From Acidimicrobiales bacterium (lineage in GTDB: Bacteria > Actinomycetota > Acidimicrobiia > Acidimicrobiales > CATQHL01), in contig OY760933.1 in the NCBI GenBank assembly GCA_963664235.1, forward strand, positions 1,043,920 through 1,107,919: DNA of 64,000 nucleotides, given 5' to 3'. Below, in pieces: positions 39,509 to 49,651 of this stretch. The notes under the pieces were generated by a model that was not told the DNA's origin, searched no databases, and saw nothing but the letters and a program-made list of their open reading frames with translations. Position 1 is the stretch's first letter. Each line of letters opens with the position of its first letter. The position numbers and the translations under genes were made by a program.

Positions 39509-40438
39509 ATGGCCAGGCTCTGCGAAGGACGGGTGGCCGTCGTCACCGGGGCGGGACGCGGCATAGGCCGCGAGCACGCGCTGATGCTCGCCGCCGAGGG
39601 CGCCAAGGTGGTCGTCAACGACCTCGGAGGCGACGCCGCCGGCGGGGGCATGGACATCACCCCGGCCCAGCAGGTGGTCAACGAGATCGTCGCCGCGGGT
39701 GGCGAGGCGGTCACCAACGGCGACGACGTCAGCGACTTTCACCAGGCCAAGGACATGATCCATCAGGCCATCGACACCTTCGGCGGCCTCGACATCCTCA
39801 TAAACAATGCCGGGATCCTGCGAGACCGCATGGTCTTCTCGATGTCCGAGAGCGATTGGGACGCGGTGATGGCAGTCCACCTCAAAGGCACGTTCGGTCC
39901 CACCCATCACGCCGCCGCGTGGTGGCGCCAGCAGGCCAAGTCCGGCGCCAAGCTCGACGCCAGAGTCATCAACACGTCCTCACCGTCGGGCATCTACGGA
40001 AATGTCGGCCAAGCCAACTACGGCGCCGCCAAGGCCGGGATCGCCGCCTTCACCGTGATCTGCGCCATGGAGTTGGCTCGCTACGGGGTCACGGTGAACT
40101 GCCTGGCCCCCAACGCTCTCACCCGGCTCACCATCCCCATCGTCGGGGAGGAGAACGCGCCGAAGCTGGCCGAGTCCTGGTCGCCTCGCTGGATCGCCGT
40201 GATTGCCACCTGGCTGGCCTCTCCGGAGGCCGCGGGCGTGACAGGCCGCGTGTTCCACGTGAGCGGCAAGCAACTCGGCATCGCCGACGGCTGGCGGCTC
40301 GGCCCGATCACCGACCAGCCCGACGACCCGGCGCAACTCGGCGAGGTCGTGCGCTCACTGATGGCCGACGCCCGCCTCAACGTCGACATGGGCGGCCTCG
40401 AGACCGAGGGGCCGGGCCGCCCGTCGAAGACCATCTAG
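39509..40438 (+). CDS. SDR oxidoreductase
   Basis: TGAGRGIG, VVVNDLGG, NNAGILRD, NYGAAKAG. Confidence 0.92.
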   Translation: MARLCEGRVAVVTGAGRGIGREHALMLAAEGAKVVVNDLGGDAAGGGMDITPAQQVVNEIVAAGGEAVTNGDDVSDFHQAKDMIHQAIDTFGGLDILINNAGILRDRMVFSMSESDWDAVMAVHLKGTFGPTHHAAAWWRQQAKSGAKLDARVINTSSPSGIYGNVGQANYGAAKAGIAAFTVICAMELARYGVTVNCLAPNALTRLTIPIVGEENAPKLAESWSPRWIAVIATWLASPEAAGVTGRVFHVSGKQLGIADGWRLGPITDQPDDPAQLGEVVRSLMADARLNVDMGGLETEGPGRPSKTI

Positions 40439-40502
40439 CGGAACGCCGGCGCTCGGGGGACGCTGTGTTGGTGCACGCGGCAGAAACTCCGGGGATCCAC
40501 CC

Positions 40503-41234
40503 ATGAGCATCGCCGCGTCGCGACGACTGCACCGGTGGGTCCTGGCCACCGCCGACCGCTGGTTCTCGCGACGGATCTACTGGCTGTGCCGCAACGCCGG
40601 GCTGCTGGCGGGACTGTTCTACTTCCGCATCCACGTAAACGGGAAGGAACACCTGCGCACACCCGGACCCGCAATCCTGGCGCCGGTTCATCGTTCCAAC
40701 CTTGACGTGCCGCTCATCGCCGGGCACTGCCCGCGGCGCTTGCGCTCCCTCGCCAAGCAGGGCATGTTCCGGGGACCCGTCAGCCGCTGGTTCTCCTCAT
40801 GCATCGGCGCCTTCCCCGTCCACCGCGACCAGTTGGACCGGGTGGCGCTGGAAACGGCGCAGGCACTGCTGGCGCGCGGCGAGATGCTGCTGGTCTTCCC
40901 CGAGGGAACACGAGGCACCGGACCCGCCATCGGTGATGTGCACAACGGCTGTGCCTACCTGTCCGCCACCACGGGGGCCCGGGTGATTCCCATCGGCGTC
41001 GCCGGGACCGAGGAGGCCATGCCGCCCGGGGCCAGGCTGCCGCGGCCGAAGCGTGTGGTCGTCACCGTCGGCGAGCCCATCGAGCCGGCGCAGGCCACCG
41101 CGGAGGCGGACGTTGGGCGGGAGCGGCGCCGTGTCCTGTCCGATCGCGTCCGGACGGAGATGCAGCGGCTTCTGGACGAGTCCCACAAGGCCCTCGCGGC
41201 GCGTTCGCGGCGCCGCGGCGCCCGCACGGGCTAG
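40503..41234 (+). CDS. 1-acyl-sn-glycerol-3-phosphate acyltransferase (PlsC family)
   Basis: HRSNLD, LAK, GAFPV, VFPEGTR. Confidence 0.88.
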   Translation: MSIAASRRLHRWVLATADRWFSRRIYWLCRNAGLLAGLFYFRIHVNGKEHLRTPGPAILAPVHRSNLDVPLIAGHCPRRLRSLAKQGMFRGPVSRWFSSCIGAFPVHRDQLDRVALETAQALLARGEMLLVFPEGTRGTGPAIGDVHNGCAYLSATTGARVIPIGVAGTEEAMPPGARLPRPKRVVVTVGEPIEPAQATAEADVGRERRRVLSDRVRTEMQRLLDESHKALAARSRRRGARTG

Positions 41235-41318
41235 CGCGGGCGCTTCCCTGGAGAGAGTCGCCACACTGCTCGGGATCCGGCACGAGACCGATGCCGTTGT
41301 ACAAGGGACCGGGACTAG

Positions 41319-41337
41319 CTAGGTTAAGGGAACCTAA
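41319..41337. promoter_or_regulatory. DtxR/IdeR iron-box upstream of bfd-bfr
   Basis: CTAGGTTAAGGGAACCTAA, 15/19 match to TTAGGTTAGSCTAACCTAA. Confidence 0.75.
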
Positions 41338-41368
41338 CTGCACGTCTACCACCGTCGAGGCCTCGCCG

Positions 41369-41569
41369 ATGATCGTCTGCCACTGCCTGGCCATCAACGA
41401 CCGGCTCATTGAAGCCGTCGCCGGCGGAGATCCCCTCAGCGTGGACGATGTCATCGAGCGGTGCGGCGCGGGGGCACGCTGCGGGGGCTGCCGCGAGTCC
41501 ATCCAGCAGGTTCTCGACGAGGCCCGGCACCGCTCAACGCCCGCTCTCGGGCTCACGGGCACCCGGTAG
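41369..41569 (+). CDS. bfd: Bacterioferritin-associated ferredoxin
   Basis: MIVCHC...CGAGARCGGC directly upstream of bfr. Confidence 0.9.
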   Translation: MIVCHCLAINDRLIEAVAGGDPLSVDDVIERCGAGARCGGCRESIQQVLDEARHRSTPALGLTGTR

Positions 41570-41578
41570 GCTGACCCC

Positions 41579-42049
41579 ATGCAGGGGTCACCGAAGATCA
41601 TCGAGTTTCTCAACGAGGCGCTGACGTCGGAACTGACGGCCATCAACCAGTACTTCGCGCACGCCAAGATCTGCGAGAACTGGGGTTACAACCGCCTGGC
41701 GGCGAAGTATCGCGAAGAGTCCGTCGAGGAGATGAACGACGCCGAGAAGCTCATGGATCGCATCCTGCTGCTGGATGGAATGCCCAACATGCAGCGGCTG
41801 AACAGCGTCCGGATCGGCGAGACCGTGCCCGAGCAACTGTCCTCGGACCGCTCGCTGGAAGAGCATGCCATCGCCATGTATCGCCGGGGAGTGGCCCTCG
41901 CGCTCGCCGAGGGCGATCCCGGCACCCGGGAACTGCTGGAGCACCTCGTCGTGGGCGAGGAGGAGCACCTCGACTGGATCGAGTCCCAGCAGCAGATCAT
42001 CAGCGACATCGGCGTCGAGCGCTACCTCCAGTCGCAGATCGGCGAGTGA
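41579..42049 (+). CDS. bfr: Bacterioferritin
   Basis: LNEALTSELTAINQYF, EEMNDAEKLMDRIL.LDG.PN, EEEHLDW. Confidence 0.95.
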   Translation: MQGSPKIIEFLNEALTSELTAINQYFAHAKICENWGYNRLAAKYREESVEEMNDAEKLMDRILLLDGMPNMQRLNSVRIGETVPEQLSSDRSLEEHAIAMYRRGVALALAEGDPGTRELLEHLVVGEEEHLDWIESQQQIISDIGVERYLQSQIGE

Positions 42050-42089
42050 GCCGCACGCGCTGAGATCCGGGCGACCATAGGCTCGGGGC

Positions 42090-43262
42090 ATGGTCGAACG
42101 GGCTCCCTTCCTCACGACCCGGCTTCAGGGGTTCGGCGCGACGATCTTCGCGGAGATGTCCGCTCTGGCCGTGCGCACCGGCGCCATCAACCTCGGCCAG
42201 GGATTCCCCGACACCGACGGGCCGCCGGAGGTGCTGCAGGCCGCCATCGACGCCATCGGCGGCGGGCGCAACCAGTACCCGCCCGGCATCGGCATCCCCG
42301 AGTTGCGCCACGCGGTATCGGCGCACCAGAAGCGGTTCTACGACCTCTCCTACGACCCCGACAGCGAGGTGCTGATCACCGCCGGCGCCACCGAGGCGAT
42401 CGCCGCCGCCCTGCTCTCGCTGTGCGAAATGGGCGACGAGGTGGTGTGTTTCGAGCCCTACTACGACAGCTACGCCGCCGGGATCGCCATGGCCGGCGCG
42501 GTACGGCGCCCGGTGCTGCTGCGGGGGCCCGACTCCTCCTATGTCCCTGAGGAACTCGAGGCGGCGATCAGACCACGCACCCGGCTGATCCTGCTGAACT
42601 CGCCGCACAACCCCACCGGCAAGGTCTACAGCCGGGCCGAACTGGAGCACGTGGCCGAGTTGGCGATCCGCCACGACCTGCTGGTGGTGACCGACGAGGT
42701 CTACGAGCACATCGTCTTCGAGGGCACCCACATTCCCCTGGCCACACTTCCGGGAATGCGCGACCGCACCGTCACGATCAGTTCGGGTGGCAAGACGTTC
42801 TCCACCACCGGCTGGAAGATCGGCTGGGTGTGCGCCACGCCCGAGTTGGTCACCGCGGTGCGGACCTCCAAGCAGTTCCTGACCTACGTGAGCGGCGGGC
42901 CCTTCCAGTACGCCATCGCCGAGGGACTCAACCTCGGTGACGACTACTTCCGATCGCTGGCCGACGGTCTGCGGGAGCGCCGTGACCGCCTCAGCGCCGG
43001 GCTGGCGGACGCCGGATTCGACGTCTGGAACTCCGCCGGCACCTACTTCGTGACGACCCACCTGGCACCCATGGGCGACTCCGACGGCGTGACCTTCTGC
43101 TGGTCCCTGCCGGAGCGCTGCGGGGTCGTAGCGGTGCCCAGCGTGGTGTTCTACGACAGCAAGGAGGTGGGGCGGCCGCTGGTGCGCTTCGCCTGCTGCA
43201 AGCGGCCCGAGGTGATCGCCGAAGCGGCCGAGAGGCTCGCCACGCTCCGATCGGGCCGATAG
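42090..43262 (+). CDS. PLP-dependent class I/II aminotransferase (YbdL/glutamine transaminase-like)
   Basis: AINLGQGFPD, NSPHNPTG, TDEVYE, SGGKTFSTTGWKIGW. Confidence 0.9.
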   Translation: MVERAPFLTTRLQGFGATIFAEMSALAVRTGAINLGQGFPDTDGPPEVLQAAIDAIGGGRNQYPPGIGIPELRHAVSAHQKRFYDLSYDPDSEVLITAGATEAIAAALLSLCEMGDEVVCFEPYYDSYAAGIAMAGAVRRPVLLRGPDSSYVPEELEAAIRPRTRLILLNSPHNPTGKVYSRAELEHVAELAIRHDLLVVTDEVYEHIVFEGTHIPLATLPGMRDRTVTISSGGKTFSTTGWKIGWVCATPELVTAVRTSKQFLTYVSGGPFQYAIAEGLNLGDDYFRSLADGLRERRDRLSAGLADAGFDVWNSAGTYFVTTHLAPMGDSDGVTFCWSLPERCGVVAVPSVVFYDSKEVGRPLVRFACCKRPEVIAEAAERLATLRSGR

Positions 43263-43273
43263 GGGGTCCCACC

Positions 43274-44032
43274 GTGAAGGTCGCCGCGCTGCAACACGAC
43301 ATCGTCTGGGAGGACCGCGACGCCAATTTCGCCCGGCTGGAGCCGATGATCGCCGGGGCGGCCGCCGCCGGGGCGCGGCTGGTGGTCCTCACCGAGATGT
43401 TCAGCTACGGGTTCTCCCTCGACGCCGAGCGGATCACCGAGACACCCGGCGGTCCGAGCACGCGATTCCTGCGCGAGACCGCCGCCGGGGCGGACATCTG
43501 GCTGTGCGGATCGATACCGATCCTGACACCCGGCGACCCGCGCCCCTTCAACCGCCTGGTTCTGGCGGGCCCGCGCGGCGAGCTGGGGAGCTACGCCAAG
43601 ATCCACCCCTTCAGCTACGGCGACGAGCATCTGGTCTACGACGCCGGCGACAAGACGGTGACCGTGCAGGTGGACGACCTCCGGGTCAGCCTGTTCGTCT
43701 GCTACGACCTGCGCTTCGCCACCGAGTTCTGGTCGGTGGCGCACGACACCGACCTCTACCTGGTGCCGGCCAACTGGCCCCGCCCGCGGCGCACCCACTG
43801 GCAGGCACTGCTCGTCGCCCGGGCCGTGGAGAACCAGGCCTACGTGGTGGGGGTGAACCGTGTCGGGTCGGGCGGCGGGCTGGACTACGCCGGCGACAGC
43901 CGCATCGTGGATCCGTCGGGTGAGATCCTGGCCGGCGGCGCCGAGACCGAGGCCACGCTGATCGCCGAAGTGGATCCGGCGCTGGTCACACAGACGCGCC
44001 AGCGCTTCCCGTTCTTGCAGGACCGCCTCTGA
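43274..44032 (+). CDS. Nitrilase-superfamily hydrolase (omega-amidase, YafV/Nit2-like)
   Basis: LTEMF, YAKIHPF, VCYDLRF (Glu-Lys-Cys triad), ARAVENQ; paired with the aminotransferase. Confidence 0.88.
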   Translation: MKVAALQHDIVWEDRDANFARLEPMIAGAAAAGARLVVLTEMFSYGFSLDAERITETPGGPSTRFLRETAAGADIWLCGSIPILTPGDPRPFNRLVLAGPRGELGSYAKIHPFSYGDEHLVYDAGDKTVTVQVDDLRVSLFVCYDLRFATEFWSVAHDTDLYLVPANWPRPRRTHWQALLVARAVENQAYVVGVNRVGSGGGLDYAGDSRIVDPSGEILAGGAETEATLIAEVDPALVTQTRQRFPFLQDRL

Positions 44033-44113
44033 CGCCCGTATTCCCCTGACTCCCACAGACGGCGCGCGTGGGGCCGAAGGCCCGGGCCGGCGGGAGACAG
44101 CAGGTTGGCGCGA

Positions 44114-44740
44114 TCAGCCGCCGGACCAGGCGGCCACAACCTCGGCGGTGTTGGAGATCGTGGCCACGAACGCCAGCGAGTGGTCGATGGCCATCTCCGC
44201 GTAGTCGGTGGGGATACCCGTCACGGCATCACGGGGAATCACCACGTCGTAGCCCCTGTTGACGGCGTCGAACGTGATGCCGGTGATGGCCCAGTTCACC
44301 GCTATCCCCGCCGGGACGATGGTGCTCACTCCCTCGTTGCGCAACAGAGAATCCAACTCGCTGACCGGGAAGGGTGAGACCCCGTGGTGGCGGGCGATCG
44401 TGAAGTCGGCGGGCTCGACACCGATCTCGTCGAGGACCTGCACCGCGCTACTGCCGGGATACAGCGTGACCGGGGACTCGTCGACCAACCTGAACAGTTC
44501 CCGGTTGGTGTTGTCGCCCCACCCGTCGGGGCGCTGATGGAAGACGCTGTGGATGACGCGCACGCCCGCGGCCCGGGCGGCGTGCACCAGCCGGGTCACC
44601 GCGTCGATACAGCCCGAGGAGCGGGCGATCTCGGCGAGGGCCGGCAGCCCGGATTCGGTCCCGATGATGCCGTTCTGGCATTCCTGCAGCACGACGGCCG
44701 TACGGGAGGGTTCGAGGAGTTCTGGGACAGAAAGTGCCAT
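44114..44740 (-). CDS. Isochorismatase-family (cysteine hydrolase fold) protein with atypical active site
   Basis: TAVVLQECQNG, ARAAGVRVIH, LDSLLRNEGV, AVNRGYDVVIPRDAV. Confidence 0.8.
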   Translation of the reverse strand: MALSVPELLEPSRTAVVLQECQNGIIGTESGLPALAEIARSSGCIDAVTRLVHAARAAGVRVIHSVFHQRPDGWGDNTNRELFRLVDESPVTLYPGSSAVQVLDEIGVEPADFTIARHHGVSPFPVSELDSLLRNEGVSTIVPAGIAVNWAITGITFDAVNRGYDVVIPRDAVTGIPTDYAEMAIDHSLAFVATISNTAEVVAAWSGG

Positions 44741-44824
44741 ACCGCGCACTCTAATGAGTCCGCCGGCGGCGTGTCTGCGGCGCCGGGTGCGCCGCATCGG
44801 CGCTGCGCAGGCCAGACTTGAGCC

Positions 44825-45280
44825 ATGCCCGGCCCGCAAACCGGCACGCCCCCCGTCTCGGTCTACGAGCAGTTGGGCGGCGCCCCGTTCTTCGACGCAT
44901 TGGCGGCGCGCTTCTACGCGGGCGTGGCCGGCGACCCGGTGCTCCGGCCGCTCTACCCCGAGGACATGACCGATGCCGAGGTCAACCTGCGGGACTTCCT
45001 CATCCAGTACTGGGGTGGACCCGACGACTACAGCCGCCGGCGCGGCCACCCCATGCTGCGTGCCCGCCACCTGCCGTTCGCGATCGGCCCGGCGGAACGT
45101 GATGCCTGGATGCGCCACATGGGTGCAGCTGTCCGCTCCTCCGGCGCCCGGCCCGACCTCGCGGCGGAACTGCTCGGCTACTTCGACCGCGCCGCGACAC
45201 ACCTCGTCAACACCGAGCCGCCGCGTCCGGGCCACCTGCCCATCGTCCCGCCGCCCTCTGAACTTCCACGGGACAACTGA
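44825..45280 (+). CDS. glbO: Group II truncated hemoglobin
   Basis: YEQLGG, FYAGVAGDPVLRPLYP, QYWGGP..YS..RGHPMLRARH. Confidence 0.9.
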   Translation: MPGPQTGTPPVSVYEQLGGAPFFDALAARFYAGVAGDPVLRPLYPEDMTDAEVNLRDFLIQYWGGPDDYSRRRGHPMLRARHLPFAIGPAERDAWMRHMGAAVRSSGARPDLAAELLGYFDRAATHLVNTEPPRPGHLPIVPPPSELPRDN

Positions 45281-45338
45281 ACGCGGCGCCGGGCCCGCAG
45301 GCCCACCGCTCGGCGACGCCGGGGCCGGGGGGATCCAG

Positions 45339-45424
<86 letters not shown>

Positions 45425-45609
45425 GTGGCCGGCAAGGCTACTCGGGGACACCTGCGGTGGCACTGCCGGTCGCGGCCGCTGCACGGGAGCCGCGCCGGGG
45501 CGCGGCCCGGATGCGGCGACACCTCCGCCACCTAGAATCGACCGATGCCCGCATGCAGCGCCACCACCTGCCGGGGGTCCTCCCGGCGGCAGGCTCGAGA
45601 CGCAGCTGC

Positions 45610-46350
45610 ATGAGCCGACGGGACTTCCGACTCCACGCCGACGCTCGTACCCACGTGGGCCGCCGACGGCGCCGCAACGAGGACGCCTTCCTGCTTACCG
45701 ACGACCTCGTGGCGGTGGCTGACGGCCTTGGCGGGCACCCCGGCGGCGATCTGGCATCAGCCGTGGCGGTCGAGTCGCTGCACTCCTCGGGCGCCACCGC
45801 CGATCCCGACAGCCTCCGTGACGCCTTCGTGGAGGCACATCTGGCCGTCAAGCAACGCGCCGCTGAGGAGCCACAACTGGAGGAGATGTCCACGACGCTG
45901 TGCGCGCTGGCGCTGGATCCCGCCGGGCGGCTGGTTCTCGCAAACGTCGGCGACTCCCGGATCTACCGGCTCAGCGGCAGCCGGATGACCCAGGTCACCT
46001 GGGATCACAACTGGGCGAACGAGTACATGCGGATGGGCATGAGCCCCGCCGAGGCGCAGCGCATGAAGGGGGCCGGCTCCCTGTCCCGGGTGATCGGGGC
46101 GTTCCCGGAGCCGTGCGAGGCGGACACCTGGACCTTCGACGCCGTTGACGGCGACCGCTACCTCCTGGCCAGCGACGGTCTCACCCGGGAACTGCCCGAT
46201 GGCGACATTGCGGCGCTGCTGGCAGCCGGTGATCCGCCGGGGGCCACCGCCGGCGAACTCGTGGAGGCGGCCAACAACCGCGGCGGGAACGACAACATCA
46301 CCGTGATCGTGGCCGACGTCGTAGCGCCCGAGTCGCGGCGGCGGCCGTGA
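45610..46350 (+). CDS. PP2C/PPM Ser/Thr phosphatase (soluble, no TM)
   Basis: GRRRRRNED, VADGLGGH, NVGDSRIY, LASDGL, GGNDNITV. Confidence 0.92.
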   Translation: MSRRDFRLHADARTHVGRRRRRNEDAFLLTDDLVAVADGLGGHPGGDLASAVAVESLHSSGATADPDSLRDAFVEAHLAVKQRAAEEPQLEEMSTTLCALALDPAGRLVLANVGDSRIYRLSGSRMTQVTWDHNWANEYMRMGMSPAEAQRMKGAGSLSRVIGAFPEPCEADTWTFDAVDGDRYLLASDGLTRELPDGDIAALLAAGDPPGATAGELVEAANNRGGNDNITVIVADVVAPESRRRP

Positions 46351-46401
46351 CCCGTCGCGGCACCGAGTCCGCAGCCCCGCGCTCGTAGGCTTTCGGTAAC
46401 T

Positions 46402-48624
46402 ATGGCAGCCCAGAACCCACCCACCCTCGGCGGGCGCTACGAACTCCGGCGCCGGCTGGCCCAAGGGGGAATGGCGACCGTCTACCTCGCCAGGGATCGC
46501 CAACTGGACCGCCAGGTGGCGATCAAGATGCTGCACCCCCAGTTCGTCGCCGATCCCACATTTGCCGAGCGCCTTCGCCGGGAGGCGCGCGCCGCGGCAG
46601 GGCTGAGCCACCCCAACATCGTCGGGGTCTACGACTGGGGCCGCCAGGGCGAGCGCTACTTCATCGTCATGGAGTACGTGAGCGGTCACAGCCTCGCCGA
46701 GATCATTGCGGCACGGGGGCCTCTCGGCCCCAAGGCAGCCGCCGCCATCGCCTTCGAGGTTGCCGCTGCGCTGGCGTTCGCGCATCGGGCAGGCATCGTG
46801 CATCGCGACGTCAAACCGCAGAACGTCCTTCTGAGCAACGACGGCCACGTGAAGGTGACCGACTTCGGCATCGCCACGATGATGGGCGGAGGCCCGTCCG
46901 CGGGCCTCACCGAGACGGGCACGGTGGTCGGCACCGCCTCCTACCTGTCGCCCGAGCAGGCGCGCGGCGAACCCACCGATGCCCGCAGCGACCTCTACTC
47001 ACTCGGCGTGGTGCTCTACGAGATGCTCTCCGGGTACCCGCCCTTCCGGGGCGACACGCCCATCTCCGTCGCCTACCAGCACGTCCAGGACCCGCCGGTG
47101 CCCCTCGGGGAGATCGCGGCGGGGGTGCCGAGGGCGCTGGAGAGCATCACGATGCGACTGCTCGCCAAGGACCCCGAGGACCGCTACGAGCGTGCCGAGG
47201 ATCTGCGCGAGCACCTCCAGATCATCCGCGAGCGACTCGAGCAGCCCGCACCGGAACATCCGCCTGCGCCGGCGCCGCCCCCACGCCCGCCGGCGCGGCC
47301 CGAGCGCCCGGCGCTGCCTCCGCCCCCGCCGACGCCGCGCCGCCCGGTCGTATCGAGCCCGGCACGCCGCCAGGACCCGCGTCCGGGTGCACAGCCTCGC
47401 CAGCGACCCCCCCGACCCCAGGTGCGCCGAGCGCCGCCGAAGGGGATCACCCAGTGGTGGACCGGCCGGATACCCGCAGCACGCCGCCCGCCCGGCTACG
47501 GGCAACGGCCCGGCAGCGACCGCGGCGGGAGCCGCGACATCTACGGCCGCCTGGAGCGCCAGCGCCGTTCGGGTCTCTTCTTCGTCGGCTTCGCCGTGCT
47601 GCTGGTGGTCCTGCTGATCATGGTCGTCGTGCTCGTGCAGGTGCTGAGTCCCGACGGCAGCGACACCGGGACTCCCGAGCCGGCGTCGGTCTCGGTGCCG
47701 TCCGTGTTCCAACTCGAGGAGGCGGTCGCGGTGCGCACCCTCGAGTCGGCGGGATTCCCCGTGATCACGGTGCGGGAGGCGAACGCCGAGATTCCCGCGG
47801 GGCGCGTATTCGACCAGCAGCCGCGCGCCGGGACGAAACTGGCGCCCGGCTCGACGATCACCCTCACGGTCAGCGCGGGCGCCTCGGCGGTTCCCGTGCC
47901 CAACGTCCAGGGATGGCAGGCCATCGACGCCGAGCGGGCCCTGCGGGGGGCGGGATTCGCCGTCAACCTCGTCCAGGTGGGCAGCGAGCGACCCGCCGGG
48001 GAAGTCCTACTGCAGGAGCCGGCGCCGCTGGTTCCCCACGAAGTCGGCGCGGCGGTCACACTGAACATCTCCGCGGGCCCCGCGGCCATTCTGGTGCCGA
48101 ACGTGGCGGGAATGGACGATGTCGACGCGGCGGTGGCCATCACGAACGCCAGGCTGATCGTCGAGCGCCTCGACGAGCCGTCCGGGACGGTGGCGGAGGG
48201 TTTGGTCATCCGCACCGAACCCCAGCCGGGCAGCCAATTGGCCGAGGGCAGCCAGGTGCTCGTCTACGTGTCGTCGGGACCGGAGAGCGTGACCATGCCC
48301 GATCTGACGGGCCTCGACCCCTCGACCGCGCTCATCCAGCTCGACACGCTCGGCGTGACCGCCGACGTCGTGGCCGTTCCCCCGCTGGAGGGCGAGACGC
48401 CGGGCCTCATCGTCTCCCAGGAGCCCGAGGCGGGGACACCGATCGGTCCCAGCTCGATCCTCACGCTGTACGTGATCGGAGAACTCGAGCCCGGAGAACC
48501 CCAAGATCCCGACGGCGACGAGCTGATACCGCTCGAAGGCGACAGCGGAGGCGAGACGCCCCCCGTCGACGGTGAGGCCGATCCGTCCGGTCTGCCGGAC
48601 CGCCCGGCACCCGAGGAGGGCTAG
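46402..48624 (+). CDS. pknB: PASTA-domain Ser/Thr protein kinase
   Basis: GGMATVY, VAIK, HRDVKPQN, DFG, YLSPEQ; Pro/Arg-rich linker, TM helix, about 4 PASTA repeats. Confidence 0.9.
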   Translation: MAAQNPPTLGGRYELRRRLAQGGMATVYLARDRQLDRQVAIKMLHPQFVADPTFAERLRREARAAAGLSHPNIVGVYDWGRQGERYFIVMEYVSGHSLAEIIAARGPLGPKAAAAIAFEVAAALAFAHRAGIVHRDVKPQNVLLSNDGHVKVTDFGIATMMGGGPSAGLTETGTVVGTASYLSPEQARGEPTDARSDLYSLGVVLYEMLSGYPPFRGDTPISVAYQHVQDPPVPLGEIAAGVPRALESITMRLLAKDPEDRYERAEDLREHLQIIRERLEQPAPEHPPAPAPPPRPPARPERPALPPPPPTPRRPVVSSPARRQDPRPGAQPRQRPPRPQVRRAPPKGITQWWTGRIPAARRPPGYGQRPGSDRGGSRDIYGRLERQRRSGLFFVGFAVLLVVLLIMVVVLVQVLSPDGSDTGTPEPASVSVPSVFQLEEAVAVRTLESAGFPVITVREANAEIPAGRVFDQQPRAGTKLAPGSTITLTVSAGASAVPVPNVQGWQAIDAERALRGAGFAVNLVQVGSERPAGEVLLQEPAPLVPHEVGAAVTLNISAGPAAILVPNVAGMDDVDAAVAITNARLIVERLDEPSGTVAEGLVIRTEPQPGSQLAEGSQVLVYVSSGPESVTMPDLTGLDPSTALIQLDTLGVTADVVAVPPLEGETPGLIVSQEPEAGTPIGPSSILTLYVIGELEPGEPQDPDGDELIPLEGDSGGETPPVDGEADPSGLPDRPAPEEG

Positions 48625-49220
48625 CCAGCCGGCTCAGCGTCCGTTCCCGGCAGTCCCAGGAAGTTCGCCAGGATGGCGTGGCCGTCGACGGTCATCTGGG
48701 ACTCCGGGTGGAATTGCAGTCCTTCCACGGCCATGGAGCGATGGCGCAGCCCCATGATGACGCCGTCGGCTGTGGTGGCGGTGACCTCCAGGCTGTCGGG
48801 CACCGAGGAGGGTTCCACCACCAGGGAGTGGTAGCGGGTGGCCTGCAGCGGGTTGGACACCCCCTCAAGGACACCGGCACCGTCGTGGCGGATCTGCGAC
48901 ACCTTGCCGTGCATGACCGCGGGGGCGCGCACGATCGTGCCGCCGAAAACCTCGGCGATGCACTGGTGTCCCAGGCACACCCCCAGGATCGGGCAGCGGC
49001 CCGCCAACTCCTCGATCGCGTCGCAGCAGATGCCCGAGTCGCCGGGACGACCGGGGCCGGGGCTGACGAGCATGGCCTCGGGCGCCAGGGCAACGGCCTC
49101 GCGCACCGTGAGCTCGTCATTGCGTGCCACGATCGTCTCGGCCCCAAGCTCTCGCAGGTACTGCACCAGGATGTAGACGAACGAGTCGTAGTTGTCGAGG
49201 ACCAGTACCCGGCGTCGCAC
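48621..49220 (-). CDS. trpG: Anthranilate/aminodeoxychorismate synthase glutamine amidotransferase component
   Basis: LDNYDSFV, SPGPG, LGVCLGHQ, RYHSL, QFHPES. Confidence 0.9.
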   Translation of the reverse strand: MRRRVLVLDNYDSFVYILVQYLRELGAETIVARNDELTVREAVALAPEAMLVSPGPGRPGDSGICCDAIEELAGRCPILGVCLGHQCIAEVFGGTIVRAPAVMHGKVSQIRHDGAGVLEGVSNPLQATRYHSLVVEPSSVPDSLEVTATTADGVIMGLRHRSMAVEGLQFHPESQMTVDGHAILANFLGLPGTDAEPAG

Positions 49221-49255
49221 GGGTGTTGAGGGTACCGGCCGCCTATCCTGCGGGC

Positions 49256-49522
49256 ATGGCGAATCCTCCCAAGCGCAAGGTCCAGGGCGGCAGGGTGACC
49301 CCGAAAGGGACGCGACCAGCGGGGGAGCAGTTCCTTCCCCCCGAGGCCAAGGTGAGTCCCACCTGGGTCCCGATCCTGCTGTTCTCCCTGCTCGCTGCAG
49401 GAACGATCCTCATCATCATCAACTATCTGGGGCTGATCCCGGGCGGCACCAGCAACTGGTGGCTGCTGGCGGGTCTGGGGCTCATTCTCGGCGGGGTGGT
49501 CACCGCAACCCAGTTGCACTGA
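49256..49522 (+). CDS. crgA: Cell division protein CrgA
   Basis: SPTWVP followed by two TM helices, SNWWLLAGLG; canonical position next to trpG/pknB. Confidence 0.88.
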   Translation: MANPPKRKVQGGRVTPKGTRPAGEQFLPPEAKVSPTWVPILLFSLLAAGTILIIINYLGLIPGGTSNWWLLAGLGLILGGVVTATQLH

Positions 49523-49651
49523 CGGCGCCGGCGCGGGCAGCGCGCCGGGGCTCGATTGCCGGGCTTGCGGAGCGGCCCGTGGCCAAGAGGAGCGGTGGCG
49601 AGCAAGAACGCGGCGAGGCGGACCGCAAACTACATACTCGTACTTCCCCCC

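Noticed and set aside
42090-44032. Aminotransferase plus nitrilase pair as a novel pathway
   Set aside because: Matches the established glutamine transaminase/omega-amidase pairing
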